From positions 192,001 through 256,000 of the forward strand of contig JAYTSD010000004.1 in the NCBI GenBank assembly GCA_043745805.1: DNA of 64,000 nucleotides, in the 5' to 3' direction. A program made the position numbers and the translations under genes. Shown here one piece after another: positions 30,173 through 39,979 of the stretch; the first letter of the stretch is position 1, and every line of letters begins with the position of its first letter. This stretch comes from Fibrobacteria bacterium (GTDB taxonomy: Bacteria; Fibrobacterota; Fibrobacteria; UBA11236). The notes beneath the pieces are model-generated. The model worked only from the letters and a program-made list of their open reading frames with translations, did not search any database and was not told where the DNA came from.

Positions 30173-30922
30173 GTGAACACCCTTACCCCACGTGTGAAAA
30201 CAGGTTGTGAAGGACTCGATCAAATTTTACATGGCGGCCTTTTAGAAGGCAATGCCACCTTGATTGAAGGTTCTGCCGGCACCGGCAAAACCACTTTAGC
30301 TACGCAATTTATTATGCAAGGCGTGAAAGAAAATGAACATGGTGTACTTTTCGCTTTCGAAGAATATCCTGAACAATATTATGATTGCGCTGCTGAATTA
30401 GGTTGGGATTTGCGTGGCTTAGAAAAAGCCGGAAAAATCAGTGTGATTTTTACTACTCCCGAAAGTTTTTTGGAAGAGATCGAAGAAGACGATGGTCGTC
30501 TCACGAAATTGTTTGAAGAGAAAAAAACCAAGCGTGTGGTGATCGATAGCATTACCCATTTTGAAAAACTCTCACCTGAAATTGGTCAATTGCGCAGTAT
30601 TGAAACCGATATTGTCAATGCCATGAAGCGCGAAGGTATTACGGCATTGGTTTTAAAAGAGAATGCCAATGTGCTCGGTAAATGGGATGTTTCGATGAAC
30701 AAAATTCCATTTATTGTGGACACTTATATTTTGTTACGCTATTTGGAAATGGATTCACAAATTAAGCGCTGCCTTATGGTTTTAAAAATGCGCGGTAGCG
30801 ATCATGATAAAGATATTCGCGAATATGTGATTGAAAAGGGTGGCTTAAAAGTGGGAGAGAAATTCTCAGGCGTTTCGGGAATTTTCCTCGGCACCGGCAT
30901 TCATGCCCGAGCTGCAAAATAA
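30173..30922 (+). CDS. Single-domain KaiC/RAD55/GvpD-like RecA-superfamily ATPase
   Basis: VKTGCEGLDQILHGGL, Walker A GSAGTGKTT, FEE, RVVIDS, LKMRGS; GGAGG RBS then GTG at 30173. Confidence 0.88.
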   Translation: MNTLTPRVKTGCEGLDQILHGGLLEGNATLIEGSAGTGKTTLATQFIMQGVKENEHGVLFAFEEYPEQYYDCAAELGWDLRGLEKAGKISVIFTTPESFLEEIEEDDGRLTKLFEEKKTKRVVIDSITHFEKLSPEIGQLRSIETDIVNAMKREGITALVLKENANVLGKWDVSMNKIPFIVDTYILLRYLEMDSQIKRCLMVLKMRGSDHDKDIREYVIEKGGLKVGEKFSGVSGIFLGTGIHARAAK

Positions 30923-30934
30923 TACGCATGAACT

Positions 30935-31618
30935 TCATTTTGGTATGACCAGAGCGGTTTGCATTTGCAAAAGCTCTTGGTATAAAGCCTGAAATTCCGC
31001 CACCCAAAAAGGATCTTGCCCTTTTAAGGTATTGAAAAAATCTTTCAAATTCCAGCGATCATTATAAGGGCCTACGACTTGCTCAGGCAAATGCGTTTTA
31101 TTTGTTCCCATTTTGGCTTGCTTTGTTTTGCTCACTGCGCGTAAGGCCACCATACGATGACGTAACAGGCGCGTATACAAGCGCGAACGAAAATCCGTCA
31201 AGTCAGTATTATGCGTTCTATCTATGTTGCGATTCGTCGTTTTGCTTTCCGAAAGCTTATCTTCGAAGCGTTGCATCCATTGCAAACCTTGGGCTTTTTC
31301 TAAATTCGAAATGCCACGACCACTATTTTGTAAAGTTTTTTTAACGCGCCGAATTTTTTCTTTATTCCAATCCTGTAAGGGTTGAGAAAGCGTGCGCGTC
31401 TTTTTGATTTTAGGTGAAGTGGATTTTTGTCCCTGCGCTAAAAGTTTTTCTGCTTTATTTAAAAAATAGACTCCGGCTTTATTCTGTAATTTGGATTCCG
31501 CTTGTTTTAATAGTAAGCCCACATAACGCGCTTTAGGGCGCGATAAGCCCGTGCTTGGCAACTGCTGACGTAAAGCCTGCAATTGCTCCATTAAAACTGG
31601 GTTTAAAGTTTCGGACAT
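30935..31618 (-). CDS. Hypothetical protein, DUF2894 (ZorG)-like C-terminus
   Basis: C-terminal PEQVVGPYNDRWNL...DPFWVAEFQALYQELLQM resembles the DUF2894 'P.NAGPLNS...SP.YL.RF..Y...L' signature (recognised from memory). Confidence 0.55.
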   Translation of the reverse strand: MSETLNPVLMEQLQALRQQLPSTGLSRPKARYVGLLLKQAESKLQNKAGVYFLNKAEKLLAQGQKSTSPKIKKTRTLSQPLQDWNKEKIRRVKKTLQNSGRGISNLEKAQGLQWMQRFEDKLSESKTTNRNIDRTHNTDLTDFRSRLYTRLLRHRMVALRAVSKTKQAKMGTNKTHLPEQVVGPYNDRWNLKDFFNTLKGQDPFWVAEFQALYQELLQMQTALVIPK

Positions 31619-31628
31619 AAATTAAAGC

Positions 31629-33068
31629 TTAATTTTCCGTCGTTAAACTTTGATCGCGTGCTTCGGACAAGGCCGCCAAAGCTTCCATTAAAATTTCTTG
31701 CGTTTTATAAGTATTTTCTAAAAGTAATTCCGAGGACTTTTCTTGGAAGGCCATGAGAGAATCATTCAATTGACCCACGAAATCTTTTTCCGCATCCGTG
31801 CTTTCCACTTTGGCATCGAGTTTTTCTAATAGTGTCATCAAGCCTTCATTGAGCAAGCTCACGCCCGCTTGCATTTCCCCTTGATTAATCTGTAACAAAC
31901 TCGTTACCTCAGCAAAAATACCTGAGGTATTCTGTAAGTTACCAGCTAAGCCATCAACCTTTTGCGCCAATTCCAAACCTAATTGCGCTTGGCCTTGCAT
32001 AAGCTCTTGCGTTTCGCTCATGGTTAAGCGATAGCGTTCCAATAAACTCTCGAGCAATTCCCCATTGGGACGAATGGCATTTTCTTCCAAGGTTTGCAAT
32101 AATTCCAAAGTTTTTTCCGCACCCTTTTGCACCGTCTCTTGCATGGAAAGCGTAGCCTGTTGTAAAGCTTCAGCTTTCGTCGCAAAGCTATCAGACGCTT
32201 GCTGGGCTTGCTTTTCCCAAGTTTGCAGCGACTGCGCTAAAATGGAAGCTAACTGATAGTTTTGATTTTCTCTCTCCGCTTTGGCCAACTCAGATTGTTC
32301 ACTTAAAGTTTCTTGATACTGCGTATTTAATACACTCAAAACTTGTTGTAAGTCCACTTGCCATTTTTCTCTCAAGCCTGCAAAATTTGCATTTTGTGTT
32401 TGCGCATTTTCCAGTAAAGCCTGATGAGCATTGCGAGTTACGGTTGCTTCTTCATACCAATTTTCTAATTGCGTTTTGAATTGCTCCACTTGTTGCGCTT
32501 GTACTTTTTGCCAGCCGTCTTTCCATTGACTTAAAAGTTCCTGTGCCGATTGTGTGGCACGTTGATCCGCCGCCTGAATTTGAGCCTTTGCTTGCGCTTG
32601 CGCTGCTTCAATTTCGGCTTTCGATGATTTACTTAAAGCGTCTTCTCTTTTAACATCTTCTGCCAAAGTTTTCTCGGCTAACTGCGTTTGCTTCTCAGCT
32701 AATTGTGATTGCAATTGCCCTAATTTTTCCACCGCCGCAACCGTTTGCAAAGTTTGTTTATTTTGCTCCGCTAAACTTTTTTGAAAACCATCTTGAAATC
32801 CTTTTTGTATAGACTCGGAAACTTTATCCGAGGATTCATCCAAGGCTTTAGCCATTGCTACTAAATGCGAAACGAGGTCCGGCTTGTTTTGTTGTTTATC
32901 GCGGCGAATTTGCAAAGCGAGTATTTGGCTATAGGCCCAGAAGCCCAGTCCCACCACGCTTAACCCAGCAAGGGCAAAATTTTTAGTGGTGGCACCAATA
33001 GCGATAATGGCTATGCTACTAATGGCCATAGCCATCCAAATTTTCTTTTCTTGATTTTGTTCTAGCAT
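31629..33068 (-). CDS. Membrane-anchored long coiled-coil protein, DUF802 (ZorA type III)-like
   Basis: AAGGAG RBS before ATG 33068; two N-terminal TMs, about 400 aa of Q/E/A-rich helix; C-terminus LNDSLMAFQEKSSELLLENTYKTQEIL patterned like the DUF802-protein tail. Confidence 0.5.
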   Translation of the reverse strand: MLEQNQEKKIWMAMAISSIAIIAIGATTKNFALAGLSVVGLGFWAYSQILALQIRRDKQQNKPDLVSHLVAMAKALDESSDKVSESIQKGFQDGFQKSLAEQNKQTLQTVAAVEKLGQLQSQLAEKQTQLAEKTLAEDVKREDALSKSSKAEIEAAQAQAKAQIQAADQRATQSAQELLSQWKDGWQKVQAQQVEQFKTQLENWYEEATVTRNAHQALLENAQTQNANFAGLREKWQVDLQQVLSVLNTQYQETLSEQSELAKAERENQNYQLASILAQSLQTWEKQAQQASDSFATKAEALQQATLSMQETVQKGAEKTLELLQTLEENAIRPNGELLESLLERYRLTMSETQELMQGQAQLGLELAQKVDGLAGNLQNTSGIFAEVTSLLQINQGEMQAGVSLLNEGLMTLLEKLDAKVESTDAEKDFVGQLNDSLMAFQEKSSELLLENTYKTQEILMEALAALSEARDQSLTTEN

Positions 33069-33970
33069 GGAACACTTAACTCCTTGTGAAATTCTTTCAC
33101 CGCTACTCCTTTGAGTAACAGTTCCCATTTTTTTTGAAAATGCATAATCATATGCTCCGTATATGATTCGGCAAAGCCGGAAAATTGTTGCATAAATCCT
33201 TCGAAGCCGCTTTCATAGCGATATGGATTATGCCAAGGCGCAGCGATTTGCGCAAATAAAGTTTGTTCATTGGGATAAAATTTCTTGTCCCATTTATTGA
33301 CTTTGTTCACAAAAGTTTCGAGTGCCATTTCATTTAATGACAATCGAATTTTTTTGAAAATTTCAAATTCTTTTTGGCGAATGCCACTTTCCAAAACCAT
33401 GAGCAAGCGCTGATAAGGATGTTTGCTCAGTTGATCTTGTTGCGAAAAATTTTGGGCAAACTGTTGTTGCAAACGAAAAATAATTCCGGAAATGGCCGAA
33501 ACTGTGCGTTCACAATCCGAAGACATATCATGCAAGCTTTGTATATACAGCGTTTTCGCTTCCTTACGCGAGCCTTTGCCCACTAAGGCATGGCCTTCGA
33601 TTGTTTCCGTAAACCATTGATTACGTGCTAAATAAGGATGCAGTTGCGCATAGCTTAAACGTTTTTTCCACTTGTCACGAAACTCCACAAAGCGTTCATT
33701 ACATTCGGTTTTTAAGGCCGAGAATTTTTCTATGGCTTCATTATAGGTTTCTGTATAAACTTCAGAATCAGAATGGGATGAGGCTGTCAGCAAGGCTTTG
33801 GGATTGCGTTGTATGGCATCCATGCCTTCGCGCAAAATAATCGATGGCATGGAATCCAACATTCCCGAAATGAAATTCATGGTGGAATTTTCATTTGGCT
33901 TTTGCAATATGTTCTGAAATTGGCTTTGGGCGCCGAATCGATTGAGACGTGTTTTTAAATCCGATATCAT
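33062..33970 (-). CDS. Hypothetical helical protein, possibly DUF3348 (ZorF)-like
   Basis: Intact 302-aa ORF whose end overlaps the next start; helical pattern RLLMVLESGIRQKEFEIF similar to DUF3348 proteins; first gene of the operon. Confidence 0.4.
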   Translation of the reverse strand: MISDLKTRLNRFGAQSQFQNILQKPNENSTMNFISGMLDSMPSIILREGMDAIQRNPKALLTASSHSDSEVYTETYNEAIEKFSALKTECNERFVEFRDKWKKRLSYAQLHPYLARNQWFTETIEGHALVGKGSRKEAKTLYIQSLHDMSSDCERTVSAISGIIFRLQQQFAQNFSQQDQLSKHPYQRLLMVLESGIRQKEFEIFKKIRLSLNEMALETFVNKVNKWDKKFYPNEQTLFAQIAAPWHNPYRYESGFEGFMQQFSGFAESYTEHMIMHFQKKWELLLKGVAVKEFHKELSVPC

Positions 33971-34156
33971 CTCATGCTTCCCATGGGTTGGGAAATATAA
34001 AAGTTATTGGGGGTTAAAACCAGAATTTTTATGTGAATCGACGCTTTATTATGGCTTTAAAAACTCAATTTCGAAGGGTTTGGCAGGATTGGATAGGAAA
34101 ATTTGCTTTTAAAAGGAAATGAGTGGGCGAAGGTTTTTATGCCTTTTATTGCCCCC

Positions 34157-36859
34157 TCACTTATTTAGTAATTTTTCAAGGTACCGGTATTCAAAGGTGT
34201 TTTCTGGGAAGTTTTTCAGATTCTGTGATAAATATGTTATAGCATGGCGCGATTTTCCCGCTTGATCCAATTTTAAATATTCCACTAAAACATCTTCTAA
34301 TGTAGCTAAGGTATTTTCTGCACTCCTTGGTGTGATAATGGCTTCACCATTTTTCCCATTGAGATAAGTCATTTTTAAAAACTCATTACGTGAAGAGGCG
34401 TCCCCAGAAGATAATTTTTTTGTTTCAATATTTATTCCAAAATCTGCAATTTTTGCTAAGGCTTGATTATGTATAATCGCCTGATAATGAGTGCCGTTAA
34501 TATCTGCAAAGCGATTGAATAATTGATCGTATTTATTAGCTGCTAGGCGATAATCATCGGATAAAAAAGCTAAATCGCCTTGTAATAAACATAAAGCGCT
34601 CGCATTAACCGGCGATAAATTTTCTATGCCCAGCTCTTGCACTACTTGGCTGGCCTTTTTAAAATCCTGCGAACCTAAAAAATAGCGGGCTTGCAAAAAC
34701 CTTAATGCGGTATGAACATCTGCATTGTCCTTGTAATAGCTCAATAAATTTAAAGACTGTTGCAAAGGTGGAGTAAACCCTAAGCGCCGAAAAATTTCTA
34801 AAAGTTGCGCATAATAGTTTCCAAAAATAGGTCGTAAAGCATCTTCATACTCAATGAGAAAATGAAATTCTTCTGCCATTTTATTTGCACATGCTTCCGC
34901 ACTTCCGCCATCATTTAAACACTGATAAATCGATTCTACTCGATTATCCACTAAAGCGGCATTAAATTCTGATTCAGGATAGGCTAGCGGTAACAATTTT
35001 AATTTGTCAAAAGCCAAATTATTTTTTCCTAAACCGAAATAACATTGCCCTAATTGAAATAAAGCATCGGGAATTAATCGTGGATCTTTGGAGTGACTAA
35101 GGGCATTGGTAAGGTGATTAATCGCTTGGGAATAATTTTTTTGCAACATATAACATTTGCCCAATTTTAAATAAGCGACTTGCTTTACGCTTTTTTTAGG
35201 GTAGGCTTCAATGACATGTCGATAGGCTTGAATGCTATTTTGAATGAAGCCTAATTCCAAGTAGGCATCGGCCACCACCGTAGGGCTAGCCGCAAGCGCT
35301 ACGGCCTTTTTATAAATGCGAATATCATCAAGTGCTACATTTGAATTCCAAGTGAAAAATCCAAAACGACTATTGCGCTCCACCTTTACTGGCAGAGTAC
35401 AAAAACGATGAGCTACTTGTTTATCGTCGATTAATAGCCTTAAATCATTATCCTCTTTTTCCACCGTCACTTTATATACTTTGCCACTGCGTAAGGGCAC
35501 TGGCACTGCATTAAAAGCATACTTGCCTACTTTTCCCATTTCAATTTTAGCGTCCTGACTTCCATACCCACCCAATGAAAAGCGAATACCTTCTTCGGGA
35601 GAAGAGCCAAAAAGAAAAATATTTAAATCATTGTTTGCGCCATTTAATCCTTTAATCGAAAACTCGATTTTCACATCACCGAATACTTCCTGATTTGCCA
35701 AAGCATAACTTTCGCCTGTTGAAAGCCCTTCCAATCGTTCATGTACAATTTGCCAATTATGCGAAGGGATCCAAATATTATTTTGTCGCTCAAAGGAAGT
35801 AAATAATATAGAAGTATCTTTACTATTGAAGTTTTCTTCTTGCACCCAGCCCCATGGAGCCTGTTTATTTTCTTCTTGCAAATTAAGGAAAAAGAAAACC
35901 AAAGCCGATATGAGTAGTAAAATTCCACCGCCCACGTATAAAATTGGGTTTGCTTTTACAAAACGCCATGTCAGATTCAAAATACTAGGTGGCTTCGCTT
36001 TAATAGGAAGCCCATGTTTATAGGCGGAAATATCTTCTAATAATAAATCCAAACTTTGATACCTATCGACCGCTTCTTTATAGATGCATTTACCGGCAAT
36101 GGCCGCAAAGTCCGCATCGAGCCAAGGGCATAAAGAACGTAAGGATACAGGTTCCGCACGAATGGCATTGAGGGCGGTTTGATGTAAAGAACGAGGATCC
36201 AAATAAGGGTTTTTAAAAGACACGAGTTCATAAATAATAATGCCTAAAGAACAAATATCTGAAAGTACTCCTACGCCCTGTCCCATTGCTTGCTCTGGGG
36301 ACATATAAGCGGGAGAACCAACTACTTCACCGGATAATGTGAGAGTAACTGCCAAGTTAGGATCCACGGATTTAGCTAAACCAAAATCAATAATGATCGG
36401 TTTATTTTTTTGCATTAAAATGTTTGTAGGCTTAAGGTCTCGATGGATAATTCCTTGCTGATGACAATACGCTAAGCCTTGTCCTATTTGTTGTACTATA
36501 TCTAATACTTCAGGAAAGCTGGGTTTCTTTTCATGTAAAAAAGTCAGTAAATCATTACCCTCAATATATTCCATCACCAAGTAATAAATACCGTTTTGCT
36601 CACCGACTTCATAAATTTTAATCACATTGTCGTGACTCATTTTAGCAACGGCACGCGCCTCGGCTTGAAAGCGTTCAATAAAACGCTGATGTAAAGCCAC
36701 ACCAAACAATACTTTGATAGCCACAATGCGATCCAAATCGGTTTGATGCGCTTTGAAAACCACGGCCATTCCACCGCGGCCCAGTTCCGAAAGAATTATA
36801 TATTTACCGAGCCTGCCGCCTACTTGGAGGTTAAGCAATGCATCAGTAGCCATGCTCAT
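34157..36859 (-). CDS. Hanks-type Ser/Thr protein kinase with TM, beta-sandwich and TPR region
   Basis: LGRGGMAVVF, VAIK, HRDLKPTN, DFG, GSPAYMSPE; TM ILYVGGGILLLISALVFFFL; TPR-like AYLKLGKCY and ALFQLGQCY. Confidence 0.9.
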   Translation of the reverse strand: MSMATDALLNLQVGGRLGKYIILSELGRGGMAVVFKAHQTDLDRIVAIKVLFGVALHQRFIERFQAEARAVAKMSHDNVIKIYEVGEQNGIYYLVMEYIEGNDLLTFLHEKKPSFPEVLDIVQQIGQGLAYCHQQGIIHRDLKPTNILMQKNKPIIIDFGLAKSVDPNLAVTLTLSGEVVGSPAYMSPEQAMGQGVGVLSDICSLGIIIYELVSFKNPYLDPRSLHQTALNAIRAEPVSLRSLCPWLDADFAAIAGKCIYKEAVDRYQSLDLLLEDISAYKHGLPIKAKPPSILNLTWRFVKANPILYVGGGILLLISALVFFFLNLQEENKQAPWGWVQEENFNSKDTSILFTSFERQNNIWIPSHNWQIVHERLEGLSTGESYALANQEVFGDVKIEFSIKGLNGANNDLNIFLFGSSPEEGIRFSLGGYGSQDAKIEMGKVGKYAFNAVPVPLRSGKVYKVTVEKEDNDLRLLIDDKQVAHRFCTLPVKVERNSRFGFFTWNSNVALDDIRIYKKAVALAASPTVVADAYLELGFIQNSIQAYRHVIEAYPKKSVKQVAYLKLGKCYMLQKNYSQAINHLTNALSHSKDPRLIPDALFQLGQCYFGLGKNNLAFDKLKLLPLAYPESEFNAALVDNRVESIYQCLNDGGSAEACANKMAEEFHFLIEYEDALRPIFGNYYAQLLEIFRRLGFTPPLQQSLNLLSYYKDNADVHTALRFLQARYFLGSQDFKKASQVVQELGIENLSPVNASALCLLQGDLAFLSDDYRLAANKYDQLFNRFADINGTHYQAIIHNQALAKIADFGINIETKKLSSGDASSRNEFLKMTYLNGKNGEAIITPRSAENTLATLEDVLVEYLKLDQAGKSRHAITYLSQNLKNFPENTFEYRYLEKLLNK

Positions 36860-37863
36860 GTTTGGTCCGGAGAATTATTTCGCGAGGTTTCTAAATTATC
36901 AATGCTGTTTAAGCACTCTTGTAAATCCGCAGGAAGCGGTGCAGTAAAATGACAGGCTCTATTTTTCCAAGAAAAATCCAAGCGGGCCGCATGTAAAAAA
37001 GTGCGTCGCAGACCTAAATCCTTTTTGTATTGTCGATTATTATTGAAGTTTCCATATCGGCTATCTCCCAAAACCGGATGTCCGGCATCAGCCAAATGCG
37101 CCCTAATCTGGTGCATGCGACCTGTTTCTATAATAACATCCAAGAGCGCAAATAACCCCATCTTTTTTTTCACTTTATAATGGGTCACGGCGTCCTTACC
37201 TTCAGGATCGCCCACAACCGATTTAGCACCGCCCTCTTTGGCATCAATACGCAAAAGGGGTCCATTTAATGTGCCTTCTAATGGATCGGGAATGCCTTCC
37301 ACCAAGGTCACATATTGTTTACGAAAATTCTTTTCCCGCAAGGCATGATGCAACTCTCTCAAACTAGTACTGTTCTTCGCTATTAAAATGAGGCCCGAGG
37401 TTTCTTTGTCTAAACGATGTACCAAGGCAGGCTGAAAAAGCGCGCGCGGATCTTGACTAGGTGCCAAATAAACTTGGGCCTTTTCAATTAAGGAATTACC
37501 CAAAATTATGCCCGTGCCAGGGTGAACCGCGAGGTTACCTGGTTTATTTAAAACCAACAATTCCTCATCTTCAAAAACAATGGGAATATCAAATTTGATC
37601 GGTTTTTCTGGTTTTGTGGAATCCGTAACAACTTTCTTTTTGTGACCTGCCGTCAATTCATCTTCATGTAAACCATAGATTTTTAAGATATCATCCGTTT
37701 TCAGGATATAATTATGATTAACGGGTTTTTTTCCCACCTTAACTTCATCGCGGCGAAATAAGGAATGCAAGCGACTCGTGCTTAAATGGGGTAATAATTT
37801 TTGCAAATATTTATCTACTTTTTGACCCACATCTTTATCGGGAATAAGCCATTCTTTTAACAT
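36856..37863 (-). CDS. RluA-family (RluC/D-like) 23S rRNA pseudouridine synthase
   Basis: S4-like N-terminus, LNKPGNLAVHPG, VHRLDKETSG, TGRMHQIRAH, GHPVLGD, LHA. Confidence 0.93.
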   Translation of the reverse strand: MLKEWLIPDKDVGQKVDKYLQKLLPHLSTSRLHSLFRRDEVKVGKKPVNHNYILKTDDILKIYGLHEDELTAGHKKKVVTDSTKPEKPIKFDIPIVFEDEELLVLNKPGNLAVHPGTGIILGNSLIEKAQVYLAPSQDPRALFQPALVHRLDKETSGLILIAKNSTSLRELHHALREKNFRKQYVTLVEGIPDPLEGTLNGPLLRIDAKEGGAKSVVGDPEGKDAVTHYKVKKKMGLFALLDVIIETGRMHQIRAHLADAGHPVLGDSRYGNFNNNRQYKKDLGLRRTFLHAARLDFSWKNRACHFTAPLPADLQECLNSIDNLETSRNNSPDQT

Positions 37864-37864
37864 A

Positions 37865-39502
37865 TTAACCTACCCAAGCCTTTATTGTATCGGCGAATTT
37901 AAGTCCATCGCCTCCTGAAGAAACTATTCCACCGGAATATCCGGCTCCTTCACCTAAAGGATAAAGTCCGGAGATATTTGTCGAGGCAAAAGTATTTGCC
38001 TCTCTGCAAACTCGCACTGGTGAAGAGGTACGCGACTCTGGACCAATAATAACACCCGTAGCAATAAAGCCAGGAATTTTCCGATCAAAGTTTTGAAAGG
38101 CTTGATGTAAAGCATTATTCACAGTGGGTGAAAATAAATTATTGAACTCGGCAAAGCGCAAAGCTTTTTGAAAAGATGTTTTGGGAAATTCTCCCGTTTC
38201 TAATTGCCCGTTCATATAGGCAGAAATACGTTGTATCGGATAGGTAAAATCACCGCCGCCCAAAACATTCGCTTTACGTTCCAAATCACTTTGATATGCT
38301 AAACCGGCTAAAACATCTTGCGAAGGCAAATCATCGGTTTGTACCGGAACTACTACTGCGGAATTAGCAAAAGCACTGCCGCGCGAAGAGTAGCTCATAC
38401 CATTGGTAAATATGCCATCTGCCGAATCCGCGCAAGGCACAATCACACCACCCGGACACATACAAAAAGAATACGCAGCTAAACCTTGTTCTTCCTGGTT
38501 AAAAGTCAAAAAATATTCCGCGGCACCCGTAACATCTAAGTTAACTTTGTCACCTAATTGCCGAGTATTAATAAGTTGTTGAGGATGTTCTACACGCACG
38601 CCTACCGAAAAGGGCTTGACTTCCATAGCCACATTCCAAAATTTCAACCTATCGTATAAAATCCTTGAAGAATGGCCCGCAGCCAATACTACGGCATCAA
38701 AGGGTAAGGTTTCACCGGAACTTAGCACTAAACCTTTTATAGTTTTTTCTTGCATAACAAAATCTGCCACCTTGGTATTGAAATGCATTATACATCCCAA
38801 AGCCAAACATTTTTCGCGCCAAGCTTTAATGAGAAATTGCAATTTATCGGTTCCAATATGCGGATGCGAAAGATAGAGAATGTTTTCAGGAGCGCCACAT
38901 TCGATGAGTAATTTTAAAAATGCTTCCGTAAAAGGATTACGTGTGCGTGAAGTAAGCTTTCCATCAGAAAAAGTTCCCGCTCCTCCTTCCCCAAAAAGAA
39001 TATTCGAATCGGCATTAAAAATATTTTGTTTTAAAAAACGGCGAATATCGAGAAAGCGTTGCTGCACGGCGCTGCCCTGTTCAAAGACATCTACCTTATA
39101 CCCTTTATGAATTAAACCCCATGCCGCTGCCATGCCAGCCGGACCGCTACCAATAATAGCTACACGCTGCCCAGGTAATAAATTTTTTACACCATTAATA
39201 ATGGTTTTTATGGATTCGTTATCTTTCGCCTCTTTAAGCTTCGCTTTGGGATGACGAATTTCTCCCGCAAAAGAAAATTCTACTGAATACTTCCACCGCG
39301 GTTGATTACGCACTCGCGAATCCAAAGACTGCCGTAAAATTTTTAATTGTTCAATGCGATTCGCTTTAATGCGAAGCATTTGGCCTACGCGCTCACGTAG
39401 AACTTTTTCGTCGGGTGCGGAAGTTAATGCCGGAAGATCTACTTCATGTATAACATAAGTGATGGGCATTTCCTGCCGGATTGTTGGGTCCGGATTTTTC
39501 AT
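37865..39502 (-). CDS. FAD-dependent oxidoreductase/dehydrogenase (uncharacterised conserved family)
   Basis: IIGSGPAG, GEGGAGTFSDGKL, PHIGTD, FCMCPGG, GEGAGYSGGIVSS. Confidence 0.85.
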   Translation of the reverse strand: MKNPDPTIRQEMPITYVIHEVDLPALTSAPDEKVLRERVGQMLRIKANRIEQLKILRQSLDSRVRNQPRWKYSVEFSFAGEIRHPKAKLKEAKDNESIKTIINGVKNLLPGQRVAIIGSGPAGMAAAWGLIHKGYKVDVFEQGSAVQQRFLDIRRFLKQNIFNADSNILFGEGGAGTFSDGKLTSRTRNPFTEAFLKLLIECGAPENILYLSHPHIGTDKLQFLIKAWREKCLALGCIMHFNTKVADFVMQEKTIKGLVLSSGETLPFDAVVLAAGHSSRILYDRLKFWNVAMEVKPFSVGVRVEHPQQLINTRQLGDKVNLDVTGAAEYFLTFNQEEQGLAAYSFCMCPGGVIVPCADSADGIFTNGMSYSSRGSAFANSAVVVPVQTDDLPSQDVLAGLAYQSDLERKANVLGGGDFTYPIQRISAYMNGQLETGEFPKTSFQKALRFAEFNNLFSPTVNNALHQAFQNFDRKIPGFIATGVIIGPESRTSSPVRVCREANTFASTNISGLYPLGEGAGYSGGIVSSGGDGLKFADTIKAWVG

Positions 39503-39517
39503 TTCAGATTTCCCGAA

Positions 39518-39979
39518 TTAATGATGATAAGGAATATTTTTCTGTATGCAATAAGCTCGATAAATTTGTTCCATTAATAGCAATTTAGCCATTTCATGGG
39601 TAAGAGTAAATCGACTTAATCTGAGTTTTTTGGGAATCAAAGCTTTCATTTCTGGAGCCAAGCCATGCGAAGAGCCAATAATAAAGGTTAATCTTTTGGT
39701 CGCGCGATTTTCTTTTTCACTGATCCATTTGCAAAACTGCAAGGAGTCCATATCCTCACCACGTTCATCCAAAATTACCGTATCACTAGGCGCATCCATT
39801 TTAGTTTGAATGAGTTTAGCTTCTTGCGCTAACCGTTTTCCCGCTTCGTGCTCTTGACCATCTTTTAAAATCACATTTTCAAAATCACAAAAATGGTTGA
39901 GACGATCGGCATACTCTTCGACTAATGCTTTTAATTGTGCATTTTGCATTTTCCCAATACTAAGTAAACGAATTTTCAT
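39518..39979 (-). CDS. rlmH: 23S rRNA (pseudouridine1915-N3)-methyltransferase
   Basis: MKIRLLSIGK, LDERG, FIIGSSHGL, LSRFTLTHE, EQIYRA, PYHH. Confidence 0.95.
   Translation of the reverse strand: MKIRLLSIGKMQNAQLKALVEEYADRLNHFCDFENVILKDGQEHEAGKRLAQEAKLIQTKMDAPSDTVILDERGEDMDSLQFCKWISEKENRATKRLTFIIGSSHGLAPEMKALIPKKLRLSRFTLTHEMAKLLLMEQIYRAYCIQKNIPYHH

Noticed and set aside
30161-30922. Circadian clock KaiC
   Set aside because: Single domain, phospho-acceptor Ser-Thr absent, no kaiA/kaiB nearby
31619-31628. Hidden or frameshifted zorB/ompA gene
   Set aside because: Only 10 nt separate the flanking ORFs, and no OmpA-like motif appears in the ORF track here
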